Below the pieces are notes generated by a model that saw only the letters and a list, made by a program, of their open reading frames with translations, did not search any database and was not told the DNA's origin. Source: a virus. Taken from it: DNA of 64,000 nucleotides. The DNA is taken from positions 41,122 to 105,121 of IMG/VR virus record IMGVR_UViG_3300042560_001826; one strand, 5' to 3'. The position numbers and the translations under genes are program-made. Each line of letters opens with the position of its first letter. Within the stretch, counting starts at the first letter, position 1. Positions 30,590-40,933 of the stretch are shown piece by piece.

Positions 30590-31054
30590 ATGTCAGAAAA
30601 AACATGTAGAGAGCGTATTAAAGAAGAATACGATAATAGGAATGAATCAGTTGCCAAAATGATTAAATATCATAACGGAACTGCTGAATATGAACTTGAT
30701 GAATTGACCGAACAATTTGTCGAGGAATTCACAAAAACTGAGAATAGAGAACCGACAGAAGATGAAGTTGATAAATTCCGGGAGAATGCTTCTGATAATG
30801 AATACAATGAAGATAGCCTTATGGAGTTCCCCTTGGGATTTAGCATTCATAAGGTTATCAAAATTGAATTGAGTACGGGCGGCCCTGCTGATTATCTTGA
30901 GGTGTTTATTGACACAGATGATAATAATTCTATTATGAGAATTGTATATCATTTTGCTGATTGGTTTGATCATGCACAAATGGATGTATCTAGTAATGAT
31001 TCGCTTTGGGAATTTGCTGAGATTTATTGTCAAGGATTGCTAGATTTGATCTAA
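30590..31054 (+). CDS. Hypothetical protein
   Basis: RBS AGGAG; LSTGGPAD...YHFADWFD. Confidence 0.65.
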   Translation: MSEKTCRERIKEEYDNRNESVAKMIKYHNGTAEYELDELTEQFVEEFTKTENREPTEDEVDKFRENASDNEYNEDSLMEFPLGFSIHKVIKIELSTGGPADYLEVFIDTDDNNSIMRIVYHFADWFDHAQMDVSSNDSLWEFAEIYCQGLLDLI

Positions 31055-31062
31055 GGAGAAAT

Positions 31063-31869
31063 ATGGAATATCTAGAAAGAACAGAAATAGCCGGAAATAC
31101 AATCAATACTAAACAGGAGAATAATATGGAAACACAGCAAGGCAATGAAGTATCAATTAAAATCCCAGTGAATCAGCTTATTGATTCCTTAGCACAAAGC
31201 AATATCATCACTAATCTAATTAGCAATGCTGTCGCTGTAAGCACTGAGAGTAGTGTTGAAGAATACTTCTCAGAAAAAGGCAGTGATTTGCTTGATAGAT
31301 ATGACATTATGACCAGTGATAATCTTGATGAGCATATTGGTTCTTATCTTAGTGACAATATTGATGAATACATTGATCAATCAGACATTGTTGATGATGT
31401 CATCAGTAGGATTGAAGATAGAGATTTGATTAATGAAGCAATTAATGACGGTCTAGATCAATATAGTCCAACAAGTACTTGTGGAACTGCTAAGAAAGCG
31501 TATGAGGCAATTATTGATTCAATTCGCTATGATTTGATGTGTCATGGTATTAAGGAAAGTACTCGTGAATCTCATTATGTTCACGGAGAAGGTCTGACAA
31601 TTTTTAATCAATTGAAGCGTATCATTGAAGAAATTGTTGATGATAGGATTCACAAAAACGAACTAGTCAATACAGCAAATAAAGCTATGAGTGTTGAAAT
31701 TATTGATGATCTAGTTCCAAGTACGGCTTTCCCTTGTACTCATTTTAAAGTTACTACATATAATCCTGAACAGGCTGAGAGATTAAAGAATTTCTTGTTC
31801 TCTGATAAGGATATGCAGCAAGCTAGAATTGGGATTGCCAAGGGAAATAACGATAAGAATCCATTTTAA
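31063..31869 (+). CDS. Acidic hypothetical protein
   Basis: RBS AAGGAG; D/E-rich central region. Confidence 0.6.
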   Translation: MEYLERTEIAGNTINTKQENNMETQQGNEVSIKIPVNQLIDSLAQSNIITNLISNAVAVSTESSVEEYFSEKGSDLLDRYDIMTSDNLDEHIGSYLSDNIDEYIDQSDIVDDVISRIEDRDLINEAINDGLDQYSPTSTCGTAKKAYEAIIDSIRYDLMCHGIKESTRESHYVHGEGLTIFNQLKRIIEEIVDDRIHKNELVNTANKAMSVEIIDDLVPSTAFPCTHFKVTTYNPEQAERLKNFLFSDKDMQQARIGIAKGNNDKNPF

Positions 31870-31892
31870 ATAACAACACAAAAGGGGTGATT

Positions 31893-33512
31893 ATGAAATA
31901 CATTAAGATATCCAACACAGCAATAGGTGGAGTCAATAGGCTTCGTTTAGAAAAGCTGGGGCTTTCAACAAAAAGAAATGATCCTGATACGATTGGTCAA
32001 TTTGGTTCTGGTATCAAATATGCTCCAATTTCAGCAATTAGAATGGGTCTTGATTTTGTATTCGTTGGCTCTGATGATAAGGGTGAATATCAGCTTCGCT
32101 ACAAAGTAGTAGATGAAGAAGGTATCAACTCAATTGTTTATGATTATGGTGACTATCAAAAGCCATCTTCATTTACAGTTGATGCTGGCTCTTTGAGTTG
32201 GGATAGTGAATGGCAAATCTACCGGGAAATAGTTTCTAATGCTATGGATGAAGGTGATTGGACAAGAGAAATTGTTGATAATGTTGAAAACGATAAAAAC
32301 TCGTTTGCAATTTATATCTCGGCATCTCCAAAAATGATAGATGTTTATAATGACCATGATAAATACTTCTGTACGAATAGAGAAGTTTTTTATTATTGTG
32401 ATAGAACAGATGTCAAGTTCTTACAAAAGCATGATAGTTCAGAAAGGCTTTATAACAAAGGTGTTCTTTGCCATACAGAAGAGATACAGTTTCCTTCTTT
32501 GTTTGATTATAACTTTCTAAATGGTGATCTAAACGAAGACAGGTCTTTCAAATATGTTTCTACTGAGCGCCTTAAAATTGCTAAAGCAATTGCCTGGACT
32601 AAGAATAAAGAGCTAATTAAGGAAATACTAGAAGAAGCTTTTGAGACAGACATCTGGGAATTTAATTTCATTAGTGATCTACATTGGAATTATGTCACCC
32701 CATCTAGTAGTTGGAAATTACAGTTTCACAAGATGTATGGAGAAAATGCGATAATTGTTTCTCCAGAGCAATCGCTAATTCAAGGCCTCTCATCTTTGAT
32801 TAAAGCAAAAGGTATGAAAGCTAAGTATTGTACTTCTAATGCAATGTTTAGTTTTCTTAAAGAGTGTGAGATTGCCACTTGTGAAGATTTGATTGACGAG
32901 AAATACGAATACATTACTGATGATGATCTAACAAAATACCCAAAGCTTATTGAGGCAATAAAAATCGCCTCTCACTTTGAGCCAGGATTATTGAATATGC
33001 CAAAACCAGTAATTGTATTTGATACACAAGAAGATGAAGTTATGCTTGGTCTTACTGTCAATGTTTCTAAAGAAATTCAACAGAGGCAAATAATGATTGC
33101 TAAACATCACGCAGAAGGTTCTAGTGTGCGTGAATTAGTCGGAACAATAATTCATGAATATGACCATTATTCAAGTGGTCTGGGTGATAGTATGTACCGT
33201 GAATTCCGTTCACTTGCTGATAGTAGAATTTCTAAGCTAATGCTTTCTATGTATAAAGAGACACCTGCTTACATCCATAATGGTATAATTAAAATTAAAT
33301 TAAAAGATTTGCCTATGTTTTCATCTGTGGATTTCATCATTCAGCCAGTTGAAAAAACAAGTTGGCATTTGGCTCGCATTGGAAAGTTGACCTTTAAACT
33401 TAACATTGGAGACGAAAAAATCTCACTAAGTGGTGTAGCAATGCCAGACAAAACTGGTGAGGAATTAGAAATCAATATTGGTCATAACGGCACAATTAGT
33501 AGATTGGATTAA
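31893..33512 (+). CDS. GHKL-type ATPase-like domain (permuted motif order) fused to an HExxH domain
   Basis: IGQFGSGIK precedes REIVSNAMD; C-terminal IIHEYDH. Confidence 0.65.
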   Translation: MKYIKISNTAIGGVNRLRLEKLGLSTKRNDPDTIGQFGSGIKYAPISAIRMGLDFVFVGSDDKGEYQLRYKVVDEEGINSIVYDYGDYQKPSSFTVDAGSLSWDSEWQIYREIVSNAMDEGDWTREIVDNVENDKNSFAIYISASPKMIDVYNDHDKYFCTNREVFYYCDRTDVKFLQKHDSSERLYNKGVLCHTEEIQFPSLFDYNFLNGDLNEDRSFKYVSTERLKIAKAIAWTKNKELIKEILEEAFETDIWEFNFISDLHWNYVTPSSSWKLQFHKMYGENAIIVSPEQSLIQGLSSLIKAKGMKAKYCTSNAMFSFLKECEIATCEDLIDEKYEYITDDDLTKYPKLIEAIKIASHFEPGLLNMPKPVIVFDTQEDEVMLGLTVNVSKEIQQRQIMIAKHHAEGSSVRELVGTIIHEYDHYSSGLGDSMYREFRSLADSRISKLMLSMYKETPAYIHNGIIKIKLKDLPMFSSVDFIIQPVEKTSWHLARIGKLTFKLNIGDEKISLSGVAMPDKTGEELEINIGHNGTISRLD

Positions 33513-33513
33513 C

Positions 33514-33651
33514 ATGACAAAATTCGGATTTTTTATGTGGTGTATTTGGGGCTGCGTATTGCTTTCAGTTGGATCAATTATATTAATTCCAATTGCAATG
33601 ATTGTATTGCCATTAGCATTAATAGCTGTTCTAGCCTACATTATTTATTGA
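33514..33651 (+). CDS. Small membrane protein (45 aa, not in the ORF track)
   Basis: Nearly all hydrophobic; fills the gap between neighbours. Confidence 0.5.
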   Translation: MTKFGFFMWCIWGCVLLSVGSIILIPIAMIVLPLALIAVLAYIIY

Positions 33652-33654
33652 GCC

Positions 33655-34008
33655 ATGCCAAAATTTGATCAATACTATATTGTAGAATTTAGATTGCCAG
33701 TTAAAGTTGATTCAGTATCAACTGTACAAGAGGCATTGAGTCGAGCAAAACAAATTTGCGAGAATCAGTTTAACTTTAGACCAGAAAATTGGAATGCTCG
33801 TATATTTGAATATAATACCGGGATTAATGAAGTTGGTCATGTAAAAGAATACTTTTATAATCCAAATTCATCTGCTTTTAGAGAGATACAGAAAAACATT
33901 GCGTATTTCAATGATCTAGTAGAAAAAGGCATGAGTATAGATGATATTGAAAAAGGAATTATTAGAGGTGATATTGGAAATGGAAAACAAGGGATTGGAG
34001 ATATATAG
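33655..34008 (+). CDS. Hypothetical protein
   Basis: ORF track; tight packing. Confidence 0.55.
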   Translation: MPKFDQYYIVEFRLPVKVDSVSTVQEALSRAKQICENQFNFRPENWNARIFEYNTGINEVGHVKEYFYNPNSSAFREIQKNIAYFNDLVEKGMSIDDIEKGIIRGDIGNGKQGIGDI

Positions 34009-34144
34009 TTACAAAACCGTGAGACAGTATTTAATTGGACTTAACAGATTTGATTTGGTAGAATGGATAGATAACCATCGTTCTGAATATACCAAATCCA
34101 TACTCAACAGGGAACAACATTACATAGGATTTTATTATGACTGA
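33980..34144 (+). CDS. Small hypothetical protein
   Basis: RBS GAGG. Confidence 0.45.
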   Translation: MENKGLEIYSYKTVRQYLIGLNRFDLVEWIDNHRSEYTKSILNREQHYIGFYYD

Positions 34145-34505
34145 AGATATTTTTAGCGACGAAGATTTATCAGAGAACAATACTTTGTATACAGATATGG
34201 TTCTTGAAATTATGTCATCTTGGGTAACAGGCAGTACAAACATTATTGAAACAGTTGTTGAATCAATTGCTTCTGAGGTTGGTGATAACGATACCGTTAT
34301 GACTGGTCTATTGTTTGGTGCTTTGTTGCATATTGGTGTTTTAGTTTCAAAACTAGCAACTACTATGGGTGAGGATATGGATAAGGTATGGTCAGAATAT
34401 TTGTTGGAATATAGTTCCGACATCAGAAAGAATATGACAAGAATTCCAGTACTTCATCCAGAAATAGCTTTGAAGATTGCTAATTCAATGGATAAAGAAA
34501 ACTAA
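34137..34505 (+). CDS. Hypothetical protein, possible paralog of 29517-29918
   Basis: GLLFGALLHI..LVS resembles GVVIALMYHI..VLS. Confidence 0.55.
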   Translation: MTEDIFSDEDLSENNTLYTDMVLEIMSSWVTGSTNIIETVVESIASEVGDNDTVMTGLLFGALLHIGVLVSKLATTMGEDMDKVWSEYLLEYSSDIRKNMTRIPVLHPEIALKIANSMDKEN

Positions 34506-34630
34506 AGGAGTGTGATTTCTATAGCCTTAAACTAAGAAAGCAAAAGTGAAGTTGTTGATTTGCTTTTGGTTTTCTTCTAAATGCCAATGCTAATGCGTAT
34601 AAACGCAAAACCTAAACTTTTGGAGGAAAT

Positions 34631-35161
34631 ATGAAATTAAAATCATCACCAATACTTGGCACTATTGGTTTATTATATGGAATATTTACAGGTGCAATTA
34701 TTTCTCATACAATTACAAGAGATCACTATGAAGCTAAAGAAACATCAGTGACTATTGTTGAAAAACAAGATATTAAGCCAGAGGTAATAATTGTACCTTT
34801 GGTTCAAGATCCGGTAATTGTTGAAGAAGCAATTCCTCTTAGTGTTGAGAAGAAAATTCCCAACGATTTAACTAAGAGATGTCCTGAATGGGAAAATAAA
34901 TTGAGAGAGCATGGATTGCCTGTCAAGTTATTTTCTTATATTATGTGGAGAGAAAGTCGGTGTATTCCTGACGCTCACAACAAGACATTGAATAGGGATA
35001 AGTCTCAAGATAGAGGTCTGCTTCAGATTAATTCAACTTGGAAGACAGTAACTAAGAATATATGTGGCACAGACCTTGATGGTTTGTTTGACCCTACTTG
35101 TAATCTAAAGGTTGCAAAATATCTTTATGATAATGGTGGGGCCGGTCACTGGTCAATGTAA
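34631..35161 (+). CDS. Membrane-anchored lytic transglycosylase (SLT/lysozyme-like)
   Basis: N-terminal TM segment; IMWRESRC, DRGLLQIN, NLKVAKYLY...W. Confidence 0.8.
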   Translation: MKLKSSPILGTIGLLYGIFTGAIISHTITRDHYEAKETSVTIVEKQDIKPEVIIVPLVQDPVIVEEAIPLSVEKKIPNDLTKRCPEWENKLREHGLPVKLFSYIMWRESRCIPDAHNKTLNRDKSQDRGLLQINSTWKTVTKNICGTDLDGLFDPTCNLKVAKYLYDNGGAGHWSM

Positions 35162-35190
35162 ATATAAACAACTAGTAGAAAGTAGATAAT

Positions 35191-35679
35191 ATGGGCTACT
35201 ATGTCCAAGTAACTAATGCTGATGTGTTTATGTCAAAAGATAATTTTGATAAAGCATACAAGGCTGCCATTGCTTTGAATCAACAAGATGATTTGAAATC
35301 AGGTGGTGGCTGGACTGACGAATTGAAATCAAGTGATCCAAGACCTGAAGGTTTTGATTATCACCCATCTAGATGGTTTAGTTGGGTTGATGCTGATTAT
35401 CATATTACATGTAAAACACTGGATGATGTATTAAAAGAGTTTCGCTTTGAAACTATGTATGATAATGATGGCAATCTAATTAATCTTCATTTTGATTGCA
35501 AAGTTGGAGATGAAGTATTTTTACTTACTGCTATTGCGCCATATTTTAAAGACGGTTCGTCTTTGGAATGGCGTGGTGAAGAAGGTGAAACTTGGAAATA
35601 CATCTTTGAAAACGGTAAAATCCGGGAACAGCAGGGTGTTATTGTTTGGGAAGATATTAATGAAGTAGCAATCAGATAG
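35191..35679 (+). CDS. Conserved phage hypothetical protein
   Basis: K.GDE...IAPYFKDGS.LEWRGEEGETW. Confidence 0.65.
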   Translation: MGYYVQVTNADVFMSKDNFDKAYKAAIALNQQDDLKSGGGWTDELKSSDPRPEGFDYHPSRWFSWVDADYHITCKTLDDVLKEFRFETMYDNDGNLINLHFDCKVGDEVFLLTAIAPYFKDGSSLEWRGEEGETWKYIFENGKIREQQGVIVWEDINEVAIR

Positions 35680-35788
35680 TCAAATAATTTAGGGTATAGG
35701 GTAATAATAATTAATCCCCTAATAATCCCCGATACCGTACAGAATAATAAAGTGCTGAGACACTTTGTTCTGTACGGTATTTTATTAG

Positions 35789-35862
35789 GTTTCCGTAGCT
35801 CAATTGGATAGAGCAAAACACTTCTAATGTTTAGGTTATAGGTTCAAGTCCTATCGGAAACG
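35789..35862 (+). tRNA. tRNA-Arg(TCT)
   Basis: GTTTCCG/CGGAAAC acceptor; AAACA-CTTCTAA-TGTTT anticodon arm; ATAGG-TTCAAGT-CCTAT T arm. Confidence 0.93.
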
Positions 35863-35877
35863 CGCAATAAGGTTAAA

Positions 35878-36112
35878 AATTACACAGGCAGAAAAATATC
35901 TAAATGCTGTAAAGAAGTGAGTTCCTAGGGCAAAAACTTCGTTCCTGTGTAATTAAAAATGTTAGAGATGAGCTAAGGCATACCTTTCAGCTTAAGAAAG
36001 TTGTGCATAATTTATGTTGTGGTTAGCCCCTTCTACCACAAAACGGGTATGGTCATAAATTATGTTAATCGCAGTCCATTGTTTGCGAAAACGACTTTTG
36101 CTCATCTCTAAC
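35878..36112 (+). ncRNA. Candidate structured ncRNA(s) downstream of tRNA-Arg
   Basis: Perfect 11 bp (35878-88/35944-54) and 13 bp (35961-73/36100-12) closing stems with nested helices; no ORF. Confidence 0.5.
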
Positions 36113-36141
36113 TTATTTTTTTATATACGATTGGAGGAATC

Positions 36142-36297
36142 GTGGAATACAATGAATATGAAGAATCACATTGTGAACAATGTTCAGAATTGAATCCGCC
36201 TATGGTGGTATTTGGCAATTTAATTCATTATAATTGCCGAGACTGTGGATGGTGGTGGAAAGAAAAGAAAAAGAAAGAAGGTAGACAAAATGCTTGA
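36142..36297 (+). CDS. Small Zn-ribbon protein (not in the ORF track)
   Basis: GTG after GGAGG; CEQC...CRDCGWWW. Confidence 0.55.
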   Translation: MEYNEYEESHCEQCSELNPPMVVFGNLIHYNCRDCGWWWKEKKKKEGRQNA

Positions 36298-36369
36298 ATC
36301 TTTTCTTGGGTTGACAATACTAGTAATTGTTTCATTGCTAGTATCTACAACAATAAAAAGGAAAATGAA

Positions 36370-36534
36370 ATGACTGATAAATACAAAGATGCTATTGAGA
36401 AGATTGTTGATACTATAACAATTCCAGGAGAACAGATTACAGATGGTGAATGTATAGATGCTATTTGGTTTGTATTAGAAACACTTGGATACGATTTATC
36501 AGAAATACAACAACAAAAAGGAGAGAGGAAATAA
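36370..36534 (+). CDS. Small hypothetical protein (not in the ORF track)
   Basis: Manual translation MTDKYKDAIEKI...TDGECIDAIW. Confidence 0.5.
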   Translation: MTDKYKDAIEKIVDTITIPGEQITDGECIDAIWFVLETLGYDLSEIQQQKGERK

Positions 36535-36535
36535 C

Positions 36536-37015
36536 ATGCCATTGTCATGGAATATTGGTAATATTGAAATGTATAAAGATGATACAGACAAAGCTTATAT
36601 TGAAAGAGAAGAGTTTGGTCAAAAAGTATATGATTTAGTTCCAATGACTAAAGCATTTATTTTTTGGAGTGGTGCTACTGGTTATGGGAGCATTACTAAA
36701 TCAAATGCAGCAGAGTATTATGCCCGGTCTAAAGTTGTAGAAAAGATTTGCAATATCTCTTTTATGCAAGGTTGGGGAAAAGATGAGAATGGCGAGTCCT
36801 ATGTAAAAGATATTTACATTGAAATGCAAAATGTAAAAGATCACATTGGATTGGCAACAAATCACAATACATTTAGCACAACTCAATGGCTTGATATTTT
36901 CATGAGGAATAACAAGTCTGTTGCTCCTGATAGAAAAGTAGTAAAGGCAATGGTAACACTTTATAAGCATGAATATGAGCAATGGGAGAAGCAAAATGAA
37001 CAAGTCCTTGTCTGA
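36536..37015 (+). CDS. Hypothetical protein
   Basis: RBS GAGG; MPLSWN start. Confidence 0.6.
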   Translation: MPLSWNIGNIEMYKDDTDKAYIEREEFGQKVYDLVPMTKAFIFWSGATGYGSITKSNAAEYYARSKVVEKICNISFMQGWGKDENGESYVKDIYIEMQNVKDHIGLATNHNTFSTTQWLDIFMRNNKSVAPDRKVVKAMVTLYKHEYEQWEKQNEQVLV

Positions 37016-37418
37016 ACTAGAAACTGATTTTGAGGTATATCAATACATCAAAAATTATCTTCTATTTCAAGGTGTAAAATCAGAAATTGCAGCTGGTTTT
37101 GGAGAGGATTGCCAAATAGATCAAGGCTGCGCTTACAGAGGTGATGATAATAAAAAATGCGCAGTTGGTTCTATTATCGCTGATGAATTTTATGATCATT
37201 CATTAGAGGGAAAAGCTTGTCATCACAAAGAAGTATTGGATGCAGTTGAAAAATCTGTACCAAGATGGATTATTAATTCATCTATGTTACAAGAAATGCA
37301 AATTATTCATGATGAAAAAGAGCCCGATGAATGGTATTTGATGTTGGAAGATATGATTAGATATTTTCCAAACAGAACTATGTTTGTACAATATCCAGAA
37401 GAAACGGAGATAGAGTAA
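36996..37418 (+). CDS. Hypothetical protein, paralog of 39931-40689
   Basis: CAYRG...KCAVG...MQIIHD. Confidence 0.65.
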   Translation: MNKSLSELETDFEVYQYIKNYLLFQGVKSEIAAGFGEDCQIDQGCAYRGDDNKKCAVGSIIADEFYDHSLEGKACHHKEVLDAVEKSVPRWIINSSMLQEMQIIHDEKEPDEWYLMLEDMIRYFPNRTMFVQYPEETEIE

Positions 37419-37753
37419 TGGAAACAAAAGAATTGCAATTTCGCAATTTTCAAAATACAGCCTCAAAGGATTCAGGTTGTATTCCGCTACATAGTTGGGA
37501 AAAAGTATATGATTTTCAACAAACAGATATTGGTCTTTCGTATTCTGATACTAAAACGGCAACCATCAATGTTTGGGGATGTCATGGATATTATACTCAA
37601 TCAAATAAAACATATGATGGCATGTATGCATATGCTGAAGTTACATGTGAAAAAACTAAAAAGGTTTGGCACAAATCTTTCTTTGGAGAATCATCTGAAG
37701 ACGATGGTTTGCGTTGGGCTACAGATAAGGCCGGTGAAATAGTTTATGGATGA
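37418..37753 (+). CDS. Hypothetical protein
   Basis: TAATG coupling. Confidence 0.6.
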   Translation: METKELQFRNFQNTASKDSGCIPLHSWEKVYDFQQTDIGLSYSDTKTATINVWGCHGYYTQSNKTYDGMYAYAEVTCEKTKKVWHKSFFGESSEDDGLRWATDKAGEIVYG

Positions 37754-38309
37754 AGCACTTCTTAGAGAAATGAAACAGAAAGCTCTTTATAGAGCGTGTA
37801 TGTTCTTTGTTTCAGACTTTGATGAAAAGTTTACTGCTGATCAAATTATTGAAGCAATTTGGAATGAATCAAGCTCTGTAACTCTTTGGGAAGCAGTTGA
37901 GCATATGCATTCAGAAGAGATTGTTGAAATGATTGATGGTCTTGCTAATGATTTTGTTCAGTTTGCCTTGGAATATATCAAAAAAATGAGTCCAGGAGAG
38001 GTTGTCCATAAAGTGGAAAATGAAAATAAAAAAATAGAACAGCATTCAGGATCTTCTAAGGGAAATGTTGACGAATCATATCACGCTTCTCGTTACTCAA
38101 AAGCTGTAACAGACTTTACAAGATCTGCTGTGGAATTAGTTAATGTATGGGAGAGCATACCGTCACACTTAGAGCCAAAAATAACTCATAATCAGACTTA
38201 CCCTTTTGGCATGTCATTTGATGAAATGGTTTATGAGATTGTATGCTGGAATTCAGATGTACAAGAAACAATAGAAAAATGGAGGAAAGATAATGGCAGA
38301 GAGACATGA
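37746..38309 (+). CDS. Hypothetical protein
   Basis: Overlap-coupled ORF; YPFGMSFDE motif. Confidence 0.6.
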   Translation: MDEALLREMKQKALYRACMFFVSDFDEKFTADQIIEAIWNESSSVTLWEAVEHMHSEEIVEMIDGLANDFVQFALEYIKKMSPGEVVHKVENENKKIEQHSGSSKGNVDESYHASRYSKAVTDFTRSAVELVNVWESIPSHLEPKITHNQTYPFGMSFDEMVYEIVCWNSDVQETIEKWRKDNGRET

Positions 38310-38592
38310 GTTAATTGATAGAAAAGAATATTATTATGTCATCAAGGCATTTAGAGATAATGATGACCCGAATAAGATTCACTATCTATTTGATCACGAT
38401 ACCTGTTTGGCTAGATTTCCAGAAGGCATTATCTGGAACAATAAGACAGGGATATGGGAAAATATGGATGGGGAAGATACCTTTGATAATGCTGTTTGTG
38501 ATGATGTTTGGGAAAAGTTAAACATGCTAGAAACAGCACAGAAATATATTCATGAAATCCAAGAAGCGATGGAAAAACTGGAGGATAAGTAA
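38293..38592 (+). CDS. Hypothetical protein
   Basis: RBS GGAGG. Confidence 0.6.
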   Translation: MAERHELIDRKEYYYVIKAFRDNDDPNKIHYLFDHDTCLARFPEGIIWNNKTGIWENMDGEDTFDNAVCDDVWEKLNMLETAQKYIHEIQEAMEKLEDK

Positions 38593-38927
38593 TGCCATTA
38601 AAGCAACCAAAGAAAGCTGAGCAAAAGAAAGATTCTAAGAGTGAATTTGATTTGATGATTCAGTCAACAATTAACTCTAACTATCCTATCCTAATTCCGG
38701 TCAAAGATGAGAGTGTAATTCTCATCAAAGATCCGATTAGCAAGATGCTCAAGAAATTCAAAGTAGATTCGCAAGAGTTTATTGAATATCTTGGCGGTCT
38801 TATTGATCATGGTTTGTTAGTCAAATTAGATAAGGATTTTGACTGGGTGCAGCAATTCTCAAATAGTTATAAATCTAAATGGGATGAATACAAAAAGCAA
38901 CTAGTAACAACAGATGGAGATAAGTAA
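38592..38927 (+). CDS. Hypothetical protein
   Basis: RBS GGAGG; TAATG coupling. Confidence 0.6.
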   Translation: MPLKQPKKAEQKKDSKSEFDLMIQSTINSNYPILIPVKDESVILIKDPISKMLKKFKVDSQEFIEYLGGLIDHGLLVKLDKDFDWVQQFSNSYKSKWDEYKKQLVTTDGDK

Positions 38928-38928
38928 T

Positions 38929-39684
38929 ATGGAAACACTACAAAAGCCAACAATCAAGCAATTGCTTGATGCAATTAAATTAGTTCAAGACAATCCTGAT
39001 AATTTTAATTATCGTGAAGATCTGCGTGATTTGTTTGACCTAAATACAGCCGCTATTGATTCAAATTGGCAAAATGGCTCTCATGATAAAGAAGCATTTG
39101 AAAAATTAATTCAAGCCATTGAATTCAATGGGGCATTACATTTCAATATGTCAGTGTTTATGGGTTCGTTACCAGATCATTGGTGGGATAGTTATAATTC
39201 AGCACATCAGGTTGTACCCTTTTATAACAACAAAGAATCTGATGACAAAAAATATCTGGATTCTACAACATCAACATTTAATTGTGATACTGTTGGTTGT
39301 GTTGCTGGCTTTGCTACTGCTGTAGCAATGAATTGGACTTCAGAAGATTGGTTGAAGAATTTTTCACATTTTGAAAAGAATGAAACATTTGCAAATATCG
39401 CTTGTAATTTTCTAAATATTCCGCTGCCTCTTGCAGAAAGAATATTCTATGGAGAAAATGGTAGCATTTGGGCATTTGTACGGAGAGGCTCCGAATCCTT
39501 TTCTGATATTGAATTTATAAATGAAGAAGACCAAGATGAATATGACTGGGATGAATTAGAAGTTAATCTCAATTCTATCGGGCATAAACACGCAGTAGAG
39601 GTTCTCCGAATGATTAATATTGGAGAAATTCAATTTGAAACCAAATACGGATATCAACCATATTTTACTAAAGGAGAAAAATAA
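38929..39684 (+). CDS. Hypothetical protein, paralog of 42240-43247
   Basis: HFNMSVF, CDTVGCVAGFA, FLNIPL..AERIFY. Confidence 0.7.
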   Translation: METLQKPTIKQLLDAIKLVQDNPDNFNYREDLRDLFDLNTAAIDSNWQNGSHDKEAFEKLIQAIEFNGALHFNMSVFMGSLPDHWWDSYNSAHQVVPFYNNKESDDKKYLDSTTSTFNCDTVGCVAGFATAVAMNWTSEDWLKNFSHFEKNETFANIACNFLNIPLPLAERIFYGENGSIWAFVRRGSESFSDIEFINEEDQDEYDWDELEVNLNSIGHKHAVEVLRMINIGEIQFETKYGYQPYFTKGEK

Positions 39685-39929
39685 TGAATACGACAGCTGA
39701 TTTCATTGGCGCAAAAATCGTCAAAGTCAGGTTAATGACTAAAGCAGAAGCTGAGTTAGAGGGTTGGGATATTGATCATGATACCCCACCAGTAATTGTT
39801 CTAGATACAGGTGCAATTATTTATCCATCTTCTGATCCAGAAGGTAATGGACCGGGAATGCTTTTTGCTAATAATAAGGCCGGCGAACAATTCTATCTAT
39901 ATCCAAGTAAAAACAACAAGGAGAAGTAA
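39684..39929 (+). CDS. Conserved phage hypothetical protein
   Basis: IYPSSDPEGNGPG. Confidence 0.65.
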   Translation: MNTTADFIGAKIVKVRLMTKAEAELEGWDIDHDTPPVIVLDTGAIIYPSSDPEGNGPGMLFANNKAGEQFYLYPSKNNKEK

Positions 39930-39930
39930 A

Positions 39931-40689
39931 ATGATTAAGACAGCCATTACGATTGGCACAGAATCAGCCAAGATTACAGATAGAGATGTATTTGAGTATG
40001 TGCGAGAAAAAATGCTTGCGCAAAACCAAAAATCAGTCAATACATATATTGATGATGAAACAGGTGAGACAATTGATGGTGATGACTGTCAATACTTTTC
40101 ATACAATATGGAGAATGAAATTAGTCTTAGATGCGCTCTTGGCTTTGTAATGAATCAAAATATTTTTGAAAAACTTGGTCAAGAAGATACTGATGCCACT
40201 GATGAACAAACAATTAGCGTCATTGCTCTATCAAATAAAAATTGGGAGATTACATCTGAGTCTTGGCAAATGCTTGCGCTTTTGCAAAGAATTCACGACA
40301 TGACAAATCTTTCGCATTGGAGGAGAGTGATGGACAGAATGTCTTATCTATTTGATTCCAATGGTAAATTTAAATATGACAATATTGACACTGAGAAGCA
40401 CCCAATTAGTTTTGATTCAGATAATGAAGTAAGTATTGATTTTGAAGATCTTGGAATTAAACTCAATATTACAGTTCCTAAAATGAGTGCTGCTCGAGAA
40501 ATTGCAAACCTCTTAGAAAGTAATATTGATGAGGAGCAATTTGTAAAAAATCTCAACAAGGATGTTGTCAATATTCTTAATGTTGAGACAAAAGAACAGC
40601 AAGCTATCGGGTCTGGAATTTTCTTGGACTTGGTTGATATTGTCAATAAAGATATCCGCAAATCAAATGATCAGAAAGTGAAGGCATAA
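39931..40689 (+). CDS. Hypothetical protein, paralog of 36996-37418
   Basis: RBS AAGGAG; CQY...RCALG...LQRIHD. Confidence 0.65.
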   Translation: MIKTAITIGTESAKITDRDVFEYVREKMLAQNQKSVNTYIDDETGETIDGDDCQYFSYNMENEISLRCALGFVMNQNIFEKLGQEDTDATDEQTISVIALSNKNWEITSESWQMLALLQRIHDMTNLSHWRRVMDRMSYLFDSNGKFKYDNIDTEKHPISFDSDNEVSIDFEDLGIKLNITVPKMSAAREIANLLESNIDEEQFVKNLNKDVVNILNVETKEQQAIGSGIFLDLVDIVNKDIRKSNDQKVKA

Positions 40690-40933
40690 TGGCAGTATCA
40701 ATTGCTGAAACCATTAGCAAGAAATACCTTGCTATTTCAGTTGTAATATTCGTATTCTATCTAGCATTGAGGAAGTATGGAAGAAAAGACTAAATTGACT
40801 TGGATAAATATCGGCGGAGTAAAAGCATTACATAACAAAGAAACTGACGAAATTTATGTCAAGAAATGTGTAGAATGTAGCAAACTATTGACTGCTGATG
40901 AAGCATCATATGGACACGATTGTGAGGTATGAA

